Shown: positions 28,355 to 37,456 of the stretch, one piece after another
How positions within the stretch are numbered: the first letter of the stretch is position 1
How the letters are laid out: each line of letters begins with the position of its first letter
Source: Gemmatimonadota bacterium
Lineage (GTDB): Bacteria; Gemmatimonadota; Gemmatimonadetes; Palauibacterales; Palauibacteraceae
Assembly (NCBI GenBank): GCA_963666735.1
Contig: OY762926.1
Coordinates: forward strand, 416,001-480,000
Reading direction: 5' to 3'
Length of the DNA: 64,000 bases
The notes under the pieces: generated by a model
What the model saw: the letters and a program-made list of their open reading frames with translations, nothing else
Database searches by the model: none
Told to the model about the DNA's origin: nothing
Program-made: the position numbers and the translations under genes

Positions 28355-28683
28355 TGGCTCCGCCGCCGATCTCGGCTCGCGCCGTCCTCGACGACGGCTT
28401 GCTGGGGAAGCTGACACGGGTCTTCGCGACCTATCCCGATCTTGAGTCCGTCACGCTCTTCGGCTCGCGCGCCACGGGAACGGCCACTCCCCGGTCGGAC
28501 ATCGACCTCGCCACGAGGGGCATCCGCGATCGCCGCACCCTGGGCCGGCTCATTCTCGACCTCGAGGATCTCGACGTGCCGCAGAAAGTCGACGCAAAGG
28601 CCCTCGAGAACATCCGATACGCCCCCCTTGTCCGGCACATCGAGACGGTGGGCGTCGTGATCTACCGACGCCCGACCCCCTGA
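28351..28683 (+). CDS. Minimal nucleotidyltransferase (MNT) antitoxin
   Basis: LFGSRATGTATPRSDIDLA (GSx10DxD). Confidence 0.9.
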   Translation: MMAPPPISARAVLDDGLLGKLTRVFATYPDLESVTLFGSRATGTATPRSDIDLATRGIRDRRTLGRLILDLEDLDVPQKVDAKALENIRYAPLVRHIETVGVVIYRRPTP

Positions 28684-28711
28684 GCCGAGTCCCGCCAGGG
28701 CGGCGGCCCGG

Positions 28712-30658
28712 TCAGGGGCTGCTGATCTCCTCGCGGAGGGCCTCGACGCGCCAGGAGAACTCCTCGTCCAGCTTCAGCGCGGTGCCGATCTTCACGAACT
28801 GGATGTAGCCCTCCCGGTCGACGAACCACGTGGTCGGCCAGGCGCTCACGCCGGCGCGCTCCACGTAGTTGTCGTCCACCAGCACCGTGAAGTCGAAGTC
28901 GTTCTTCGCCAGGTACTCCTCGATCCCCTCGCGGCTCCCGTTACGGTTCTCATAGAGTGCTTCGAGCGCCGTCTCGTTGGGGTTCTCGCCCCGGCTCGCG
29001 CCGAATCCCGCGATGTAGGAGTCCTCGGCCCGGTCCAGCCACGCCGTAGCCGCCTCCACGTCTCCTCCTTCCTCCGCTTCGGCGGCCAACTGCTCGTATA
29101 CCTGACCCGCGTGGTACCTCGCGTCGCGGTTGCGATCGGCGAGCGCCAGCGCCCGCTCGAGCACATGTCGTCCGTCCTCCGCGCGGCCGGCCTTGAAGTA
29201 AGCCCACCCGATCACGTCGTAGACGCCGCTCAGGTAGGATCGAAGGGCCTGGTCGAACTCGCCTTCCGTGTCGTAGAAACGGCGGGTCTCCATCACGCGC
29301 TCCAGCATGATCGGCATGCCATTGCGGACCATATCCGCCGCTTCGAGCGCGTATGGCGTGTGGTCGATCATCGCGAGCGGAGCGTCCCCGTAGGTGATGT
29401 GGGGATTGAGGCGTTCGTACTTCACGAGCCCCCGGATCGCCTCGGCCAACTCTTCCGCCGGGACGGGGTCCATCGCCTGGAGCGCCGAGTAGAGATCGAG
29501 ATAGATGCCGCCATTGAAACGGTCGCTGTAGAGCGGTCGCTCCAGGTAGCGGTACGCCGCATCGCGAACCACAGGGAGTTCAGCGCGATACTCCGGCGAG
29601 TCGTCGCCGTGCGCTTCCCACATCTCCTGTCGCTGCCTGCTTGCTCTCCGGGTCTCCTCCAGGTAGACGAGCATCGCGTGATAGCCGCCCGGATCGTTCT
29701 GGACGATTCGGGCCTCGAGTTCGGCGGCGCGCTCCTCGTTTTCCATCTGCCGGTACATGGAAGCCATGGTCTGCAGGCCTTCGACGGTCTCGGGGCTCGC
29801 TGCGCGGTATGCCGCCATGCTCGCTTCGACCGCCGCCTGCCGCTCCTCCCCGGGAAGGAGGTCGGACATCCACAGACCGCGCCAGTGCTGGCTCCGCACT
29901 TCCCCCGACCCCGGCGCGAGTTCGAGGGCCGCTTCCATGAGCGGCGTCCACTCGTCCATGCGGCGGGCCTGATAGGCCTCGTTGGCGAGCCTCGTGTACC
30001 CCAGAACGTGGTCCGGGAACTTCTCGTTGAGCACGGCCCATGTCGCCCGGCTGGAATCCGCCCACGCGGGGTCGTCCATTTCATAGCGGGCCTGGGACTC
30101 CAGTTCGGCCCGCATGCGGAGCATCTCCGGCCAGCCGCGGGTCTCCTCGTCCAGCCCTCCGAGGAACTTCCACGCCGCCTGGAAATCGTCGCGCCGCAGC
30201 GCGTTCAGGTAGAGGAACGCGAACTCGGGCTGCGACGACGCCTCCCACGCCTCGAGGGCCATCTCGTGGGCGGGTCCGGCCTCGTTGTCGACGAGGTGCG
30301 CGTACGCCCTGGCGTAGATGCCCCACGGATTCCCGGGGTCGTCCGCCAGAACCGCGTCGGCTTGCTCGTGGATCTCCTTCGACAGCCCCCAGCCCACGAG
30401 CTGGTAGGCGTAAAGGCCTCGGAGTTCCGCGTCGTCCGGAGCGCGGACGACCCACGCTTCCCCGAACAGTTTTCCGGCCTCGAAGGTGCGCAGCCGCGCG
30501 TGGTCCCGAAGTTGGGCCTTCGCGGCTTCCAGTTCCTCCGCGATGTAGTCGGGCGGCGTGGCGCCGTCCCCGCAGGCTCCAAGCAACGCGCTCGCGGACA
30601 CAACCAGCGGAAGAATAGGTCCGACCTTCGAGCCGGGACGGCGGGAACGCGTCGACAT
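28712..30658 (-). CDS. TPR lipoprotein with truncated TlpA/thioredoxin C-terminus (no CxxC)
   Basis: Lipobox LLGAC; TPR-like helices; C-terminus FTVLVD...GVSAWPTTWFVDREG, but the WCxxC half of the fold is missing. Confidence 0.72.
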   Translation of the reverse strand: MSTRSRRPGSKVGPILPLVVSASALLGACGDGATPPDYIAEELEAAKAQLRDHARLRTFEAGKLFGEAWVVRAPDDAELRGLYAYQLVGWGLSKEIHEQADAVLADDPGNPWGIYARAYAHLVDNEAGPAHEMALEAWEASSQPEFAFLYLNALRRDDFQAAWKFLGGLDEETRGWPEMLRMRAELESQARYEMDDPAWADSSRATWAVLNEKFPDHVLGYTRLANEAYQARRMDEWTPLMEAALELAPGSGEVRSQHWRGLWMSDLLPGEERQAAVEASMAAYRAASPETVEGLQTMASMYRQMENEERAAELEARIVQNDPGGYHAMLVYLEETRRASRQRQEMWEAHGDDSPEYRAELPVVRDAAYRYLERPLYSDRFNGGIYLDLYSALQAMDPVPAEELAEAIRGLVKYERLNPHITYGDAPLAMIDHTPYALEAADMVRNGMPIMLERVMETRRFYDTEGEFDQALRSYLSGVYDVIGWAYFKAGRAEDGRHVLERALALADRNRDARYHAGQVYEQLAAEAEEGGDVEAATAWLDRAEDSYIAGFGASRGENPNETALEALYENRNGSREGIEEYLAKNDFDFTVLVDDNYVERAGVSAWPTTWFVDREGYIQFVKIGTALKLDEEFSWRVEALREEISSP

Positions 30659-30830
30659 CGCACACCTCCGGGGCGGGGACAGCCCGAGCCTCGCGCGGCC
30701 CGGCCTCTCAACCTGTACAGACGTCGACATCACCAAAAGGGTTTTCCGCACACCGGCGCCCGATCCGATATCACGTGAACCCGCGGCCCGCCGTTGAGAT
30801 CCCGTTGAGCCGGAGCCGGACATCCATCGT

Positions 30831-32399
30831 ATGTTGCCTGCGATGATCGAGCCCCGCGCCCCCGACCCCGGATCCGTCCTGCGCGACGTCTTCGGCTACG
30901 ACGAGTTCCGGCCGGGACAGGCGCACATCATCGATTCCGTCCTGGCGGGACGCGACTGCATCGGCGTCATGCCCACCGGCGCGGGGAAGTCCCTCACGTT
31001 CCAGATCCCCGCGCGCCTCATGCCGGGAACCGTGCTCGTCCTCTCCCCGCTCATCAGCCTGATGAAGGATCAGGTCGATGCGCTCCGCGACGTCGGATTC
31101 CGGGCCACGGCGATCAACTCCTCGCTCGCCCCCGACGAGCGCCGGCGCCGGCTGCGGGGATTCGAGCGCGGGGACTACGAACTCGTCTACCTGGCTCCGG
31201 AAGCCCTGGGCCCGCACATGCGGGAACGCCTGCGTTACGCGCCGCTCTCCTTGATCGTCGTCGATGAGGCGCACTGCATTTCGCAATGGGGACACGACTT
31301 TCGTCCTTCCTACCGGGCGCTTCAGGGACTGCGCGACGAGATTCGCGACGAAGGCGCGGGAGGGAACGGACTGCCGATTCTCGCGCTCACCGCGACCGCC
31401 ACGCGAAGGGTCGCTGCCGACATCGTTCGACAGTTGGGCATGACGAAGCCCGAGGGATACAAGGGTTCCTTCTTTCGCTCGAACCTCCGTGTCGTCTGCC
31501 GAAAGAAGGGGGAGGGGAATACGCGGGCCGAGATTCTCGGGCTCATCCGCCGCCACCGGGGCGAGAGCGGGATCGTCTACTGTCTGTCGCGAAAGTCCGT
31601 GGAGCAGATGGCCGAGTTCCTGCGGCGGGAGGGCGTCGATGCCGTCCCGTACCACGCGGGACTCGACGACGACGCGCGGGCCGAGCATCAGGACGCGTTC
31701 GCCCGCGACGAGGTCGACGTGGTCGTGGCGACGATCGCGTTCGGGATGGGGATCGACAAATCGAACGTGCGCTTCGTCATCCACCGGGACATGCCGTCGG
31801 ACATCGAATCGTGGTACCAGGAGATCGGACGGGCGGGGCGGGACGGGCTCCCCAGCGACTGCGTGCTCTTCTACTCGTGGGCGGACGTAAAGGTGCGCGA
31901 GCGATTCCTCGCCGAAATCGACGATCCGACCGTGCGCGAGGCGAAACGCCGGGCGGCCGTCGACCTCTTCCGGCTCGCGGATCGGGACGCGTGCCGCCAT
32001 CGCGGGCTGCTCGCCTACTTCGGGGAGGACTTCGAGGGGTGCGGCGAATCGTGCGACGTGTGCACGGGACTCGGCGTGACGGACCTCGTGGACGTGCTTC
32101 CCGTCCTCAGGCGGAAGGCGCGCGCGGCGGGCTCCCGGCGGCGGATCGAGGCGGCCGGGATCGACCGGTCGCCGTCGGACCCCACCTTCCAGCACCTCCG
32201 CACCCTGCGGAAGCAACTGGCGGACGCGCGCGGAGTCCCCGCCTACATCGTGTTCAGCGACCAGGTGCTGTGGGATCTGATCGACATGCGCCCCGCCTCG
32301 CCCGAGGAGATGCTGCGGGTGCCCGGCATCGGCCCCGCCAAGCTCCAGCAATACGGCGAGATCTTCCTGGACGCGCTGCGCGAAGCGCGCGACGGCTGA
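30831..32399 (+). CDS. recQ: RecQ-family ATP-dependent DNA helicase with HRDC domain
   Basis: MPTGAGKS, DEAHCISQWGHDFRP, ATIAFGMGIDK, QEIGRAGRDG, Zn-binding Cys residues, HRDC VPAYIVFSD. Confidence 0.95.
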   Translation: MLPAMIEPRAPDPGSVLRDVFGYDEFRPGQAHIIDSVLAGRDCIGVMPTGAGKSLTFQIPARLMPGTVLVLSPLISLMKDQVDALRDVGFRATAINSSLAPDERRRRLRGFERGDYELVYLAPEALGPHMRERLRYAPLSLIVVDEAHCISQWGHDFRPSYRALQGLRDEIRDEGAGGNGLPILALTATATRRVAADIVRQLGMTKPEGYKGSFFRSNLRVVCRKKGEGNTRAEILGLIRRHRGESGIVYCLSRKSVEQMAEFLRREGVDAVPYHAGLDDDARAEHQDAFARDEVDVVVATIAFGMGIDKSNVRFVIHRDMPSDIESWYQEIGRAGRDGLPSDCVLFYSWADVKVRERFLAEIDDPTVREAKRRAAVDLFRLADRDACRHRGLLAYFGEDFEGCGESCDVCTGLGVTDLVDVLPVLRRKARAAGSRRRIEAAGIDRSPSDPTFQHLRTLRKQLADARGVPAYIVFSDQVLWDLIDMRPASPEEMLRVPGIGPAKLQQYGEIFLDALREARDG

Positions 32400-32492
32400 A
32401 TTCACGATTTCGTCCAGATGACGCCGCCGCCGCAGCGCGACTCCGATCCGGCGAACTCGGCCGGCAACTGGGAGAGGCCTCGATACACCTCG

Positions 32493-32801
32493 ATGCTTCT
32501 GAAGACTGCGCTCTCCGCGGTCGTTCTGCACGGGGTCTTCACGGTCGGAATTCCGGCGCTAATCCTTCGGCACACGGGCGCAATCTCGCTGCTCGCCGTA
32601 GATGTCGGGCGGTTCCGCTGGCTCGGTGCGCCACCGGGAGCCTTCGGTGTTTACCTCTATCTCTGGTCGGTCGTGCGTTTGCTGCGGAAGCGTACATTGG
32701 CGGTCCCCTGCAAGGCTCCAAGCGTGCTCATGACGGACGGTCGGTACGCGCATGCCCGCCCGCGAGTGCGGCGGGACTCGCGATCCGGCCGCTCCGGGTA
32801 G
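32493..32801 (+). pseudogene. Truncated isoprenylcysteine carboxyl methyltransferase/PEMT-like membrane protein
   Basis: Two TM segments, then P..APSVLMTDGRYAHAR; resemblance ends where RNPMY would be expected. Confidence 0.55.
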
Positions 32802-32809
32802 CGCCGCCG

Positions 32810-33643
32810 ATGCCGAAGGTCTTTTTTCACGTGGGGGCGGGACGGGCGGCCTCGCGCTGGCTGCAGGAACGCGTGTTTCCGCGTTTCCGAGGCGTGCGTT
32901 ACATCCCGCGCACCCGGTTTCGGCAGAGCGCGAAGGTCGTGCGGCGGGGCGGAGATCTTCCCGTTCTCGTGTCCCGACAACTCGGATACCGCGAGTTGAC
33001 GCCCGCCGTGCAGTGGTTCGCGCGCGTGGCGCCGGCGGCTCGGCCGATCCTGATCCTGCGCCGTCACGATGAGTGGCTTCGGTCGGTGTATCTCCGGGAG
33101 ATCAAGGAATTGCGGTACGTCCCGTTCGAGGCCTTCATCGACTTCGAGCGCGACGAAGGCGTCCGGCCCCGGTCCTCGGCCCTCTTCCGCGAGCGCATAC
33201 GGGTGCTCGAGGCTCATTTCGAGCATCGGCCCCTCGTCCTCTTCTTCGACCGGCTCGTCGAGGATCCGCGGGGGTTCGTTCGCACCATCGCGGACTATGT
33301 GGGCGCGGGCTACGAGGAGGCGGAGATCTCGTTCCGCCCGTCGAACCGTTCGTATCGCGAGCGGCAGTACCGGTTCCTGCGAGAAGTGGGTCGACGCTGG
33401 CCCGTGAAGCCGCGGGAAGAGCCCGCGGCCGCAGCCCTCCGCTGGCTCCGCGTGCGGTCTCGCCGTCTCGCCTGGCACGCCGGCGTCGCGCTCGGCCGCG
33501 TCGCACCGGAGCGGATCCTGAGTTCCGACCCGCTTCTCACGGAGGAACAACTCGCGCGCCCGCGTGCCTTCTACGAAGCGGACTGGCAGGCCTGCGTGGA
33601 CTACGCCCGCCGACACAACCCGGGACTCGTGGCGGCGGATTGA
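32810..33643 (+). CDS. Sulfotransferase-like P-loop protein
   Basis: FFHVGAGRAASRWLQ (cf. HIGxxKTGSTxLQ), ILILRRHDEWLRSVY. Confidence 0.65.
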   Translation: MPKVFFHVGAGRAASRWLQERVFPRFRGVRYIPRTRFRQSAKVVRRGGDLPVLVSRQLGYRELTPAVQWFARVAPAARPILILRRHDEWLRSVYLREIKELRYVPFEAFIDFERDEGVRPRSSALFRERIRVLEAHFEHRPLVLFFDRLVEDPRGFVRTIADYVGAGYEEAEISFRPSNRSYRERQYRFLREVGRRWPVKPREEPAAAALRWLRVRSRRLAWHAGVALGRVAPERILSSDPLLTEEQLARPRAFYEADWQACVDYARRHNPGLVAAD

Positions 33644-33739
33644 CCGGACGCCGAAGACGGCGGCGGACTCGCCGCATCCGAGCGCGCCCCACAGATTTCC
33701 GCCCCTGTGATCCGTTGCTGACGACTTTCCGGAGGACGC

Positions 33740-34189
33740 ATGCCCCGACCACGGTTCGTTATGCCCCGCGTTGCCCCAGCCCTGCTGGCCCTCGGGTGGC
33801 TGGCGACCGGCCCGATACCCGCCGCCGCGCAGGAGCGCTTTCCCGACCCTCCTCCGGAACACGGTCTGTATTCGGATGCGGTGCGGGTGGGGGATCTCGT
33901 CTTTCTCGCGGGCGTCGTGAACCGCGATCCCGATCCCGCCACCCAGTTCCGCAACACCTTCCGCCGGATCGGCCAGATTCTCGAGGATGCCGGGTCGAGC
34001 CTCGAGCGAGTGATCGACATCACGACCTATCACCTCGACATGCACGTCCACATCGATGCCTTCATCGAGGTCAAGGACGAGTTCCTGCCCGAGCTCCCGT
34101 CATGGACGGCCGTGGGGGTGGCGGAACTGTACAGCCCCGGCGTGCTGATAGAGGTCAAGGTGATTGCCGCGGTGGATGACGATGGCTGA
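33740..34189 (+). CDS. RidA/YjgF family protein (YjgH-like) with signal peptide
   Basis: YSDAVRVGDLVFLAG, PSWTAVGVAEL, IEVKVIA. Confidence 0.88.
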   Translation: MPRPRFVMPRVAPALLALGWLATGPIPAAAQERFPDPPPEHGLYSDAVRVGDLVFLAGVVNRDPDPATQFRNTFRRIGQILEDAGSSLERVIDITTYHLDMHVHIDAFIEVKDEFLPELPSWTAVGVAELYSPGVLIEVKVIAAVDDDG

Positions 34190-36188
34190 CCGCCGGCCCG
34201 TGGTTGCGCCTCGCGTCCGCTGGCTCGTGCTCTGCCTGGGGCTTGGCCTCGGGTCCACGCTCCCGGGCTGCGGCAGAGATGAAGCCGACAGCCGTGCCGC
34301 CGAGGGGGCGGAACCGGCAGCCGTGTACGCGGGCGACGACTGGCCGGTGTACGGCGGCGATCCGGGGGGTCTCAAGTATTCCTCCCTCACGGATATCGAC
34401 CGCTCGAACGTGGCCGAACTCGAGGCAGCCTGGGTCTGGGAGACGGGAGAAGAGCCGATTCCCGACGCGGCGAGCCCCATCCAGGGCGAGCGCGTGGCGC
34501 CGGGAGCCTTCGAGGCGACACCGATCGTCATCAACGACACCATGTGGCTCTCGACTCCCTACAGCCGCGTCGTCGCCCTGGACGCGGAGACGGGAGAGGA
34601 GTTCTGGAGCTACGACCCCAAGGCGTGGGAGTGGGGGAACCTCCACCGCGGCTGCCGCTTCTGTCACCGCGGCATCGCGCAGTGGAGCAACGGAAACGAG
34701 CGGCGGATATTTCTCAACTCGCGCTGGCGGCTGATTGCGCTCGACGCCGGCACCGGGGCACCGATTCCCCAGTTCGGGGATGGAGGCGAGGTCGACCTGA
34801 CGGAAGGACTCGCTTGGGATGCGAACCGGCTGCACATCTCCAACACGTCGCCCGCCGTCGTGTACGACGACATCGTGATCGTGGGCAGCGGCGTTCCGGA
34901 CAACCGGATCTACCGCAACAACCCGCCCGGCGACGTGCAGGCGTTCGACGCGCGCACCGGCGAACTGCTCTGGACCTTCCACACTATCCCCAAGGAGGGC
35001 GAGTTCGGGGTCGAGACGTGGGAGGACGAGTCGTGGTCCTACACCGGCTCGGCGAACGTGTGGGCGCCGTTCTCGCTCGACCCCGAGCGGGGACTCCTCT
35101 ACCTGCCCGTCTCCACGCCGAACAACGATTTCTACGGCGGGCACCGGCGGGGGCAGAACCTGTTCGCGGAGTCGCTCGTGTGCCTCGATGCGCGGACGGG
35201 CGAGCGCGTGTGGCACTTCCAGACCGTACACCACGGGCTGTGGGACTATGACCTGCCCGCGCCGCCCGGTCTTGTGACGATCGAGGTCGGCGGGCGCGAG
35301 ATCGACGCGGTCGTGGCGGTGGGGAAGACGGCCTTCACGTACGTGCTGGACCGCGAGACCGGCGAGCCGGTGTGGCCCGTCGAGGAGCGCGCGGTGCCGG
35401 AGAGCACGGTTCCCGGCGAGGTGCCGTGGCCGACCCAGCCGTTCCCGACGCGGCCCGCCCCGTTCTCCCGGCAGGGGATCACGGAAGATGACCTCATCGA
35501 CTTCACGCCCGAACTGAGGGCGGAGGCGCTGGAAGTCTTCCACCGTCACCGGACCGGGCCGATCTTCACCCCACCCTCCGTCGACGGGACGATCATGATG
35601 CCGGGCCTCATCGGCGGGGCGGGGTGGGGCGGCGCGGCCATCGACCCCGAAAGCGGCCATATGTTCGTGAAGGCGTACGACGATCCCTTCCTCGCGCGCG
35701 TCGCCGAGGTGGAGCCGGGGTCCGGGGACGCCGATTATCTGCCGAACTTCGCGAGCAGCCTCTCGGTGGCCGGCAGTCTTCCGATCCTCAAGCCGCCGTA
35801 CGGAACGATCACGGCGATCGATCTCAACACGGGAGACCACCTGTGGCAGCGTCCGTTCGGGGATGACTCCGCGATCCGGGCCCATCCGGCGTTGGCGGGA
35901 CTCGACCTCCCGCCCATGGGGGGCACGCCGCAGAGCCACGGCACGACATCGGGGCCGCTGGCGACGGCGGGCGGTGTCGTGTTCCTCGCGGGTGGAACGC
36001 CGTGGCTGGAGGCGATGGACGTGAGCGACGGCGAGACGTTGTGGCGAGGGGGCCTGGCCGGGGGGTTGGGGCGCGGCAATCCGATGACCTATCGCACCCG
36101 GTCCGGGCGGCAGTTCGTTGTCGTCGCCACCTCCGCCGACGGACAAGTCGACTCGAAGCTGCAGGCGTTCGCCCTGCCGACCCGATGA
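34182..36188 (+). CDS. PQQ-dependent dehydrogenase (quinoprotein glucose dehydrogenase-like), lipoprotein
   Basis: DWPVYGGD, FEATPI, WHFQTVHHGLWDYD, KPPYG, PMTY. Confidence 0.92.
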   Translation: MADRRPVVAPRVRWLVLCLGLGLGSTLPGCGRDEADSRAAEGAEPAAVYAGDDWPVYGGDPGGLKYSSLTDIDRSNVAELEAAWVWETGEEPIPDAASPIQGERVAPGAFEATPIVINDTMWLSTPYSRVVALDAETGEEFWSYDPKAWEWGNLHRGCRFCHRGIAQWSNGNERRIFLNSRWRLIALDAGTGAPIPQFGDGGEVDLTEGLAWDANRLHISNTSPAVVYDDIVIVGSGVPDNRIYRNNPPGDVQAFDARTGELLWTFHTIPKEGEFGVETWEDESWSYTGSANVWAPFSLDPERGLLYLPVSTPNNDFYGGHRRGQNLFAESLVCLDARTGERVWHFQTVHHGLWDYDLPAPPGLVTIEVGGREIDAVVAVGKTAFTYVLDRETGEPVWPVEERAVPESTVPGEVPWPTQPFPTRPAPFSRQGITEDDLIDFTPELRAEALEVFHRHRTGPIFTPPSVDGTIMMPGLIGGAGWGGAAIDPESGHMFVKAYDDPFLARVAEVEPGSGDADYLPNFASSLSVAGSLPILKPPYGTITAIDLNTGDHLWQRPFGDDSAIRAHPALAGLDLPPMGGTPQSHGTTSGPLATAGGVVFLAGGTPWLEAMDVSDGETLWRGGLAGGLGRGNPMTYRTRSGRQFVVVATSADGQVDSKLQAFALPTR

Positions 36189-37345
36189 GCGCGCACCCGT
36201 GGGGCGGAGCCGCCCGCGCCGCGGTGCTGGCCATCGCCGTTGCTCCTCTGGTCGCGACCTTGGCGCCCGCCCGCGGTTTGAGCGGGTCGCAGGAGCGAAC
36301 ATTCCGGCCGCTCCGACCCCTCGGCGCCGCAACGCACCTCACGGCGTCCGTCCACTTGGGCGATGTGGACGGCGACGGCGCGCTCGACATCGTGGTGGCC
36401 AACGGACGGCACTGGCCCGAGCAGAACCGGATCTTCCTCAACGACGGGCGTGGCGGCTTCGCGCTGGCCCGGCCACTGGGGGACGAGGAGGACGGTACCT
36501 ACGCGGCCCCGCTGGCGGATTTCGACGGGGACGGCGACCTCGACATCGCCACGGGGAACGACCGGACCCGGAACCTCATCTTCTTCAACGACGGCGCCGG
36601 CCACTTCGAGCGGGGCCCGATCTTCGGCGCTCCGAGCTCGACGCGCAGCCTCACGCTCGCGGACCTGGACGGGGACGGGCACACGGACATCCTCGTGGTC
36701 AATCGAGGTCGCCGGAACTTCATCTTCCGGGGAGATGGGAAGGGTGCGTTCGACGAGGGAACGCCGTTCGGGGCAGGGGACGATTCCACGATCGATGTCG
36801 CCGCGGCGGACCTGGACGGGGACGGAGACCTCGATCTCGTGCTCGCGAACCGCGACGGAGGGGCGAACGCGATCCACTGGAACGACGGGGGAGCGTTAGA
36901 CCGGCAAACGCCGTACGGCACAGGCGCCGACGAGACGCGAGGCGTGGCCGTGGGGGATGTGAGCGGCGATGGCCTGCCCGACATCGTCGTGGCCAACATC
37001 GGCGAGGCGAACGCCGTGTACCCCGGCGCCGGGGGCGGCTCCTTCGCTCGAGGGCATCCGTTCGGGCGCGAAGGCGACCAGAGCTTCGCGGTTCGCCTCG
37101 CCGATCTGGACCTCGATGGAGATCTCGACATCGTCGTCGCCAACGCCGGCGCGCAGAACGCCGTCTACTTCAACCGGGGCGGGGAACTCGAGGAGTTCCG
37201 CTTCGGCTGCGGCGACTGCGCCACCTACGGGATCGCGGTCGGCGACCTGAACGGCGACGGCTTCCCGGACATCGTCACGGCGAACTCCGGAGCGCCGAAC
37301 GGGGTCTTCGCCAACGTCCCCGCCGGAACAGGCGGTCCCCGCTAG
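36185..37345 (+). CDS. FG-GAP/VCBS repeat protein
   Basis: Seven DxDGDGxxDI repeats after a signal peptide. Confidence 0.9.
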   Translation: MSAHPWGGAARAAVLAIAVAPLVATLAPARGLSGSQERTFRPLRPLGAATHLTASVHLGDVDGDGALDIVVANGRHWPEQNRIFLNDGRGGFALARPLGDEEDGTYAAPLADFDGDGDLDIATGNDRTRNLIFFNDGAGHFERGPIFGAPSSTRSLTLADLDGDGHTDILVVNRGRRNFIFRGDGKGAFDEGTPFGAGDDSTIDVAAADLDGDGDLDLVLANRDGGANAIHWNDGGALDRQTPYGTGADETRGVAVGDVSGDGLPDIVVANIGEANAVYPGAGGGSFARGHPFGREGDQSFAVRLADLDLDGDLDIVVANAGAQNAVYFNRGGELEEFRFGCGDCATYGIAVGDLNGDGFPDIVTANSGAPNGVFANVPAGTGGPR

Positions 37346-37408
37346 CTGCCGGTCGCGTTACAGCTTGCCATCCCTCTTCCCGCCGGGCATTTTGATCTGA
37401 CATTCTCG

Positions 37409-37430
37409 AATGAGAATGATTCTCATTATC
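37409..37430. promoter_or_regulatory. Fur-box-like operator
   Basis: Palindrome AATGAGAAT-G-ATTCTCATT; GAGAATGATTCTCATTATC matches 16/19 of the Fur consensus. Confidence 0.8.
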
Positions 37431-37456
37431 ACTCTCGATGGACAAGATGGAGACCG

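Noticed and set aside
31286..33643. 785-aa ORF spanning recQ into the sulfotransferase-like gene
   Set aside because: The first ~508 aa are an Arg/Gly-rich shadow frame of recQ; the real gene starts near 32810.
36350..37290. Recurring GACGGCGACGGC-like DNA repeats
   Set aside because: Explained by FG-GAP/VCBS protein repeats.
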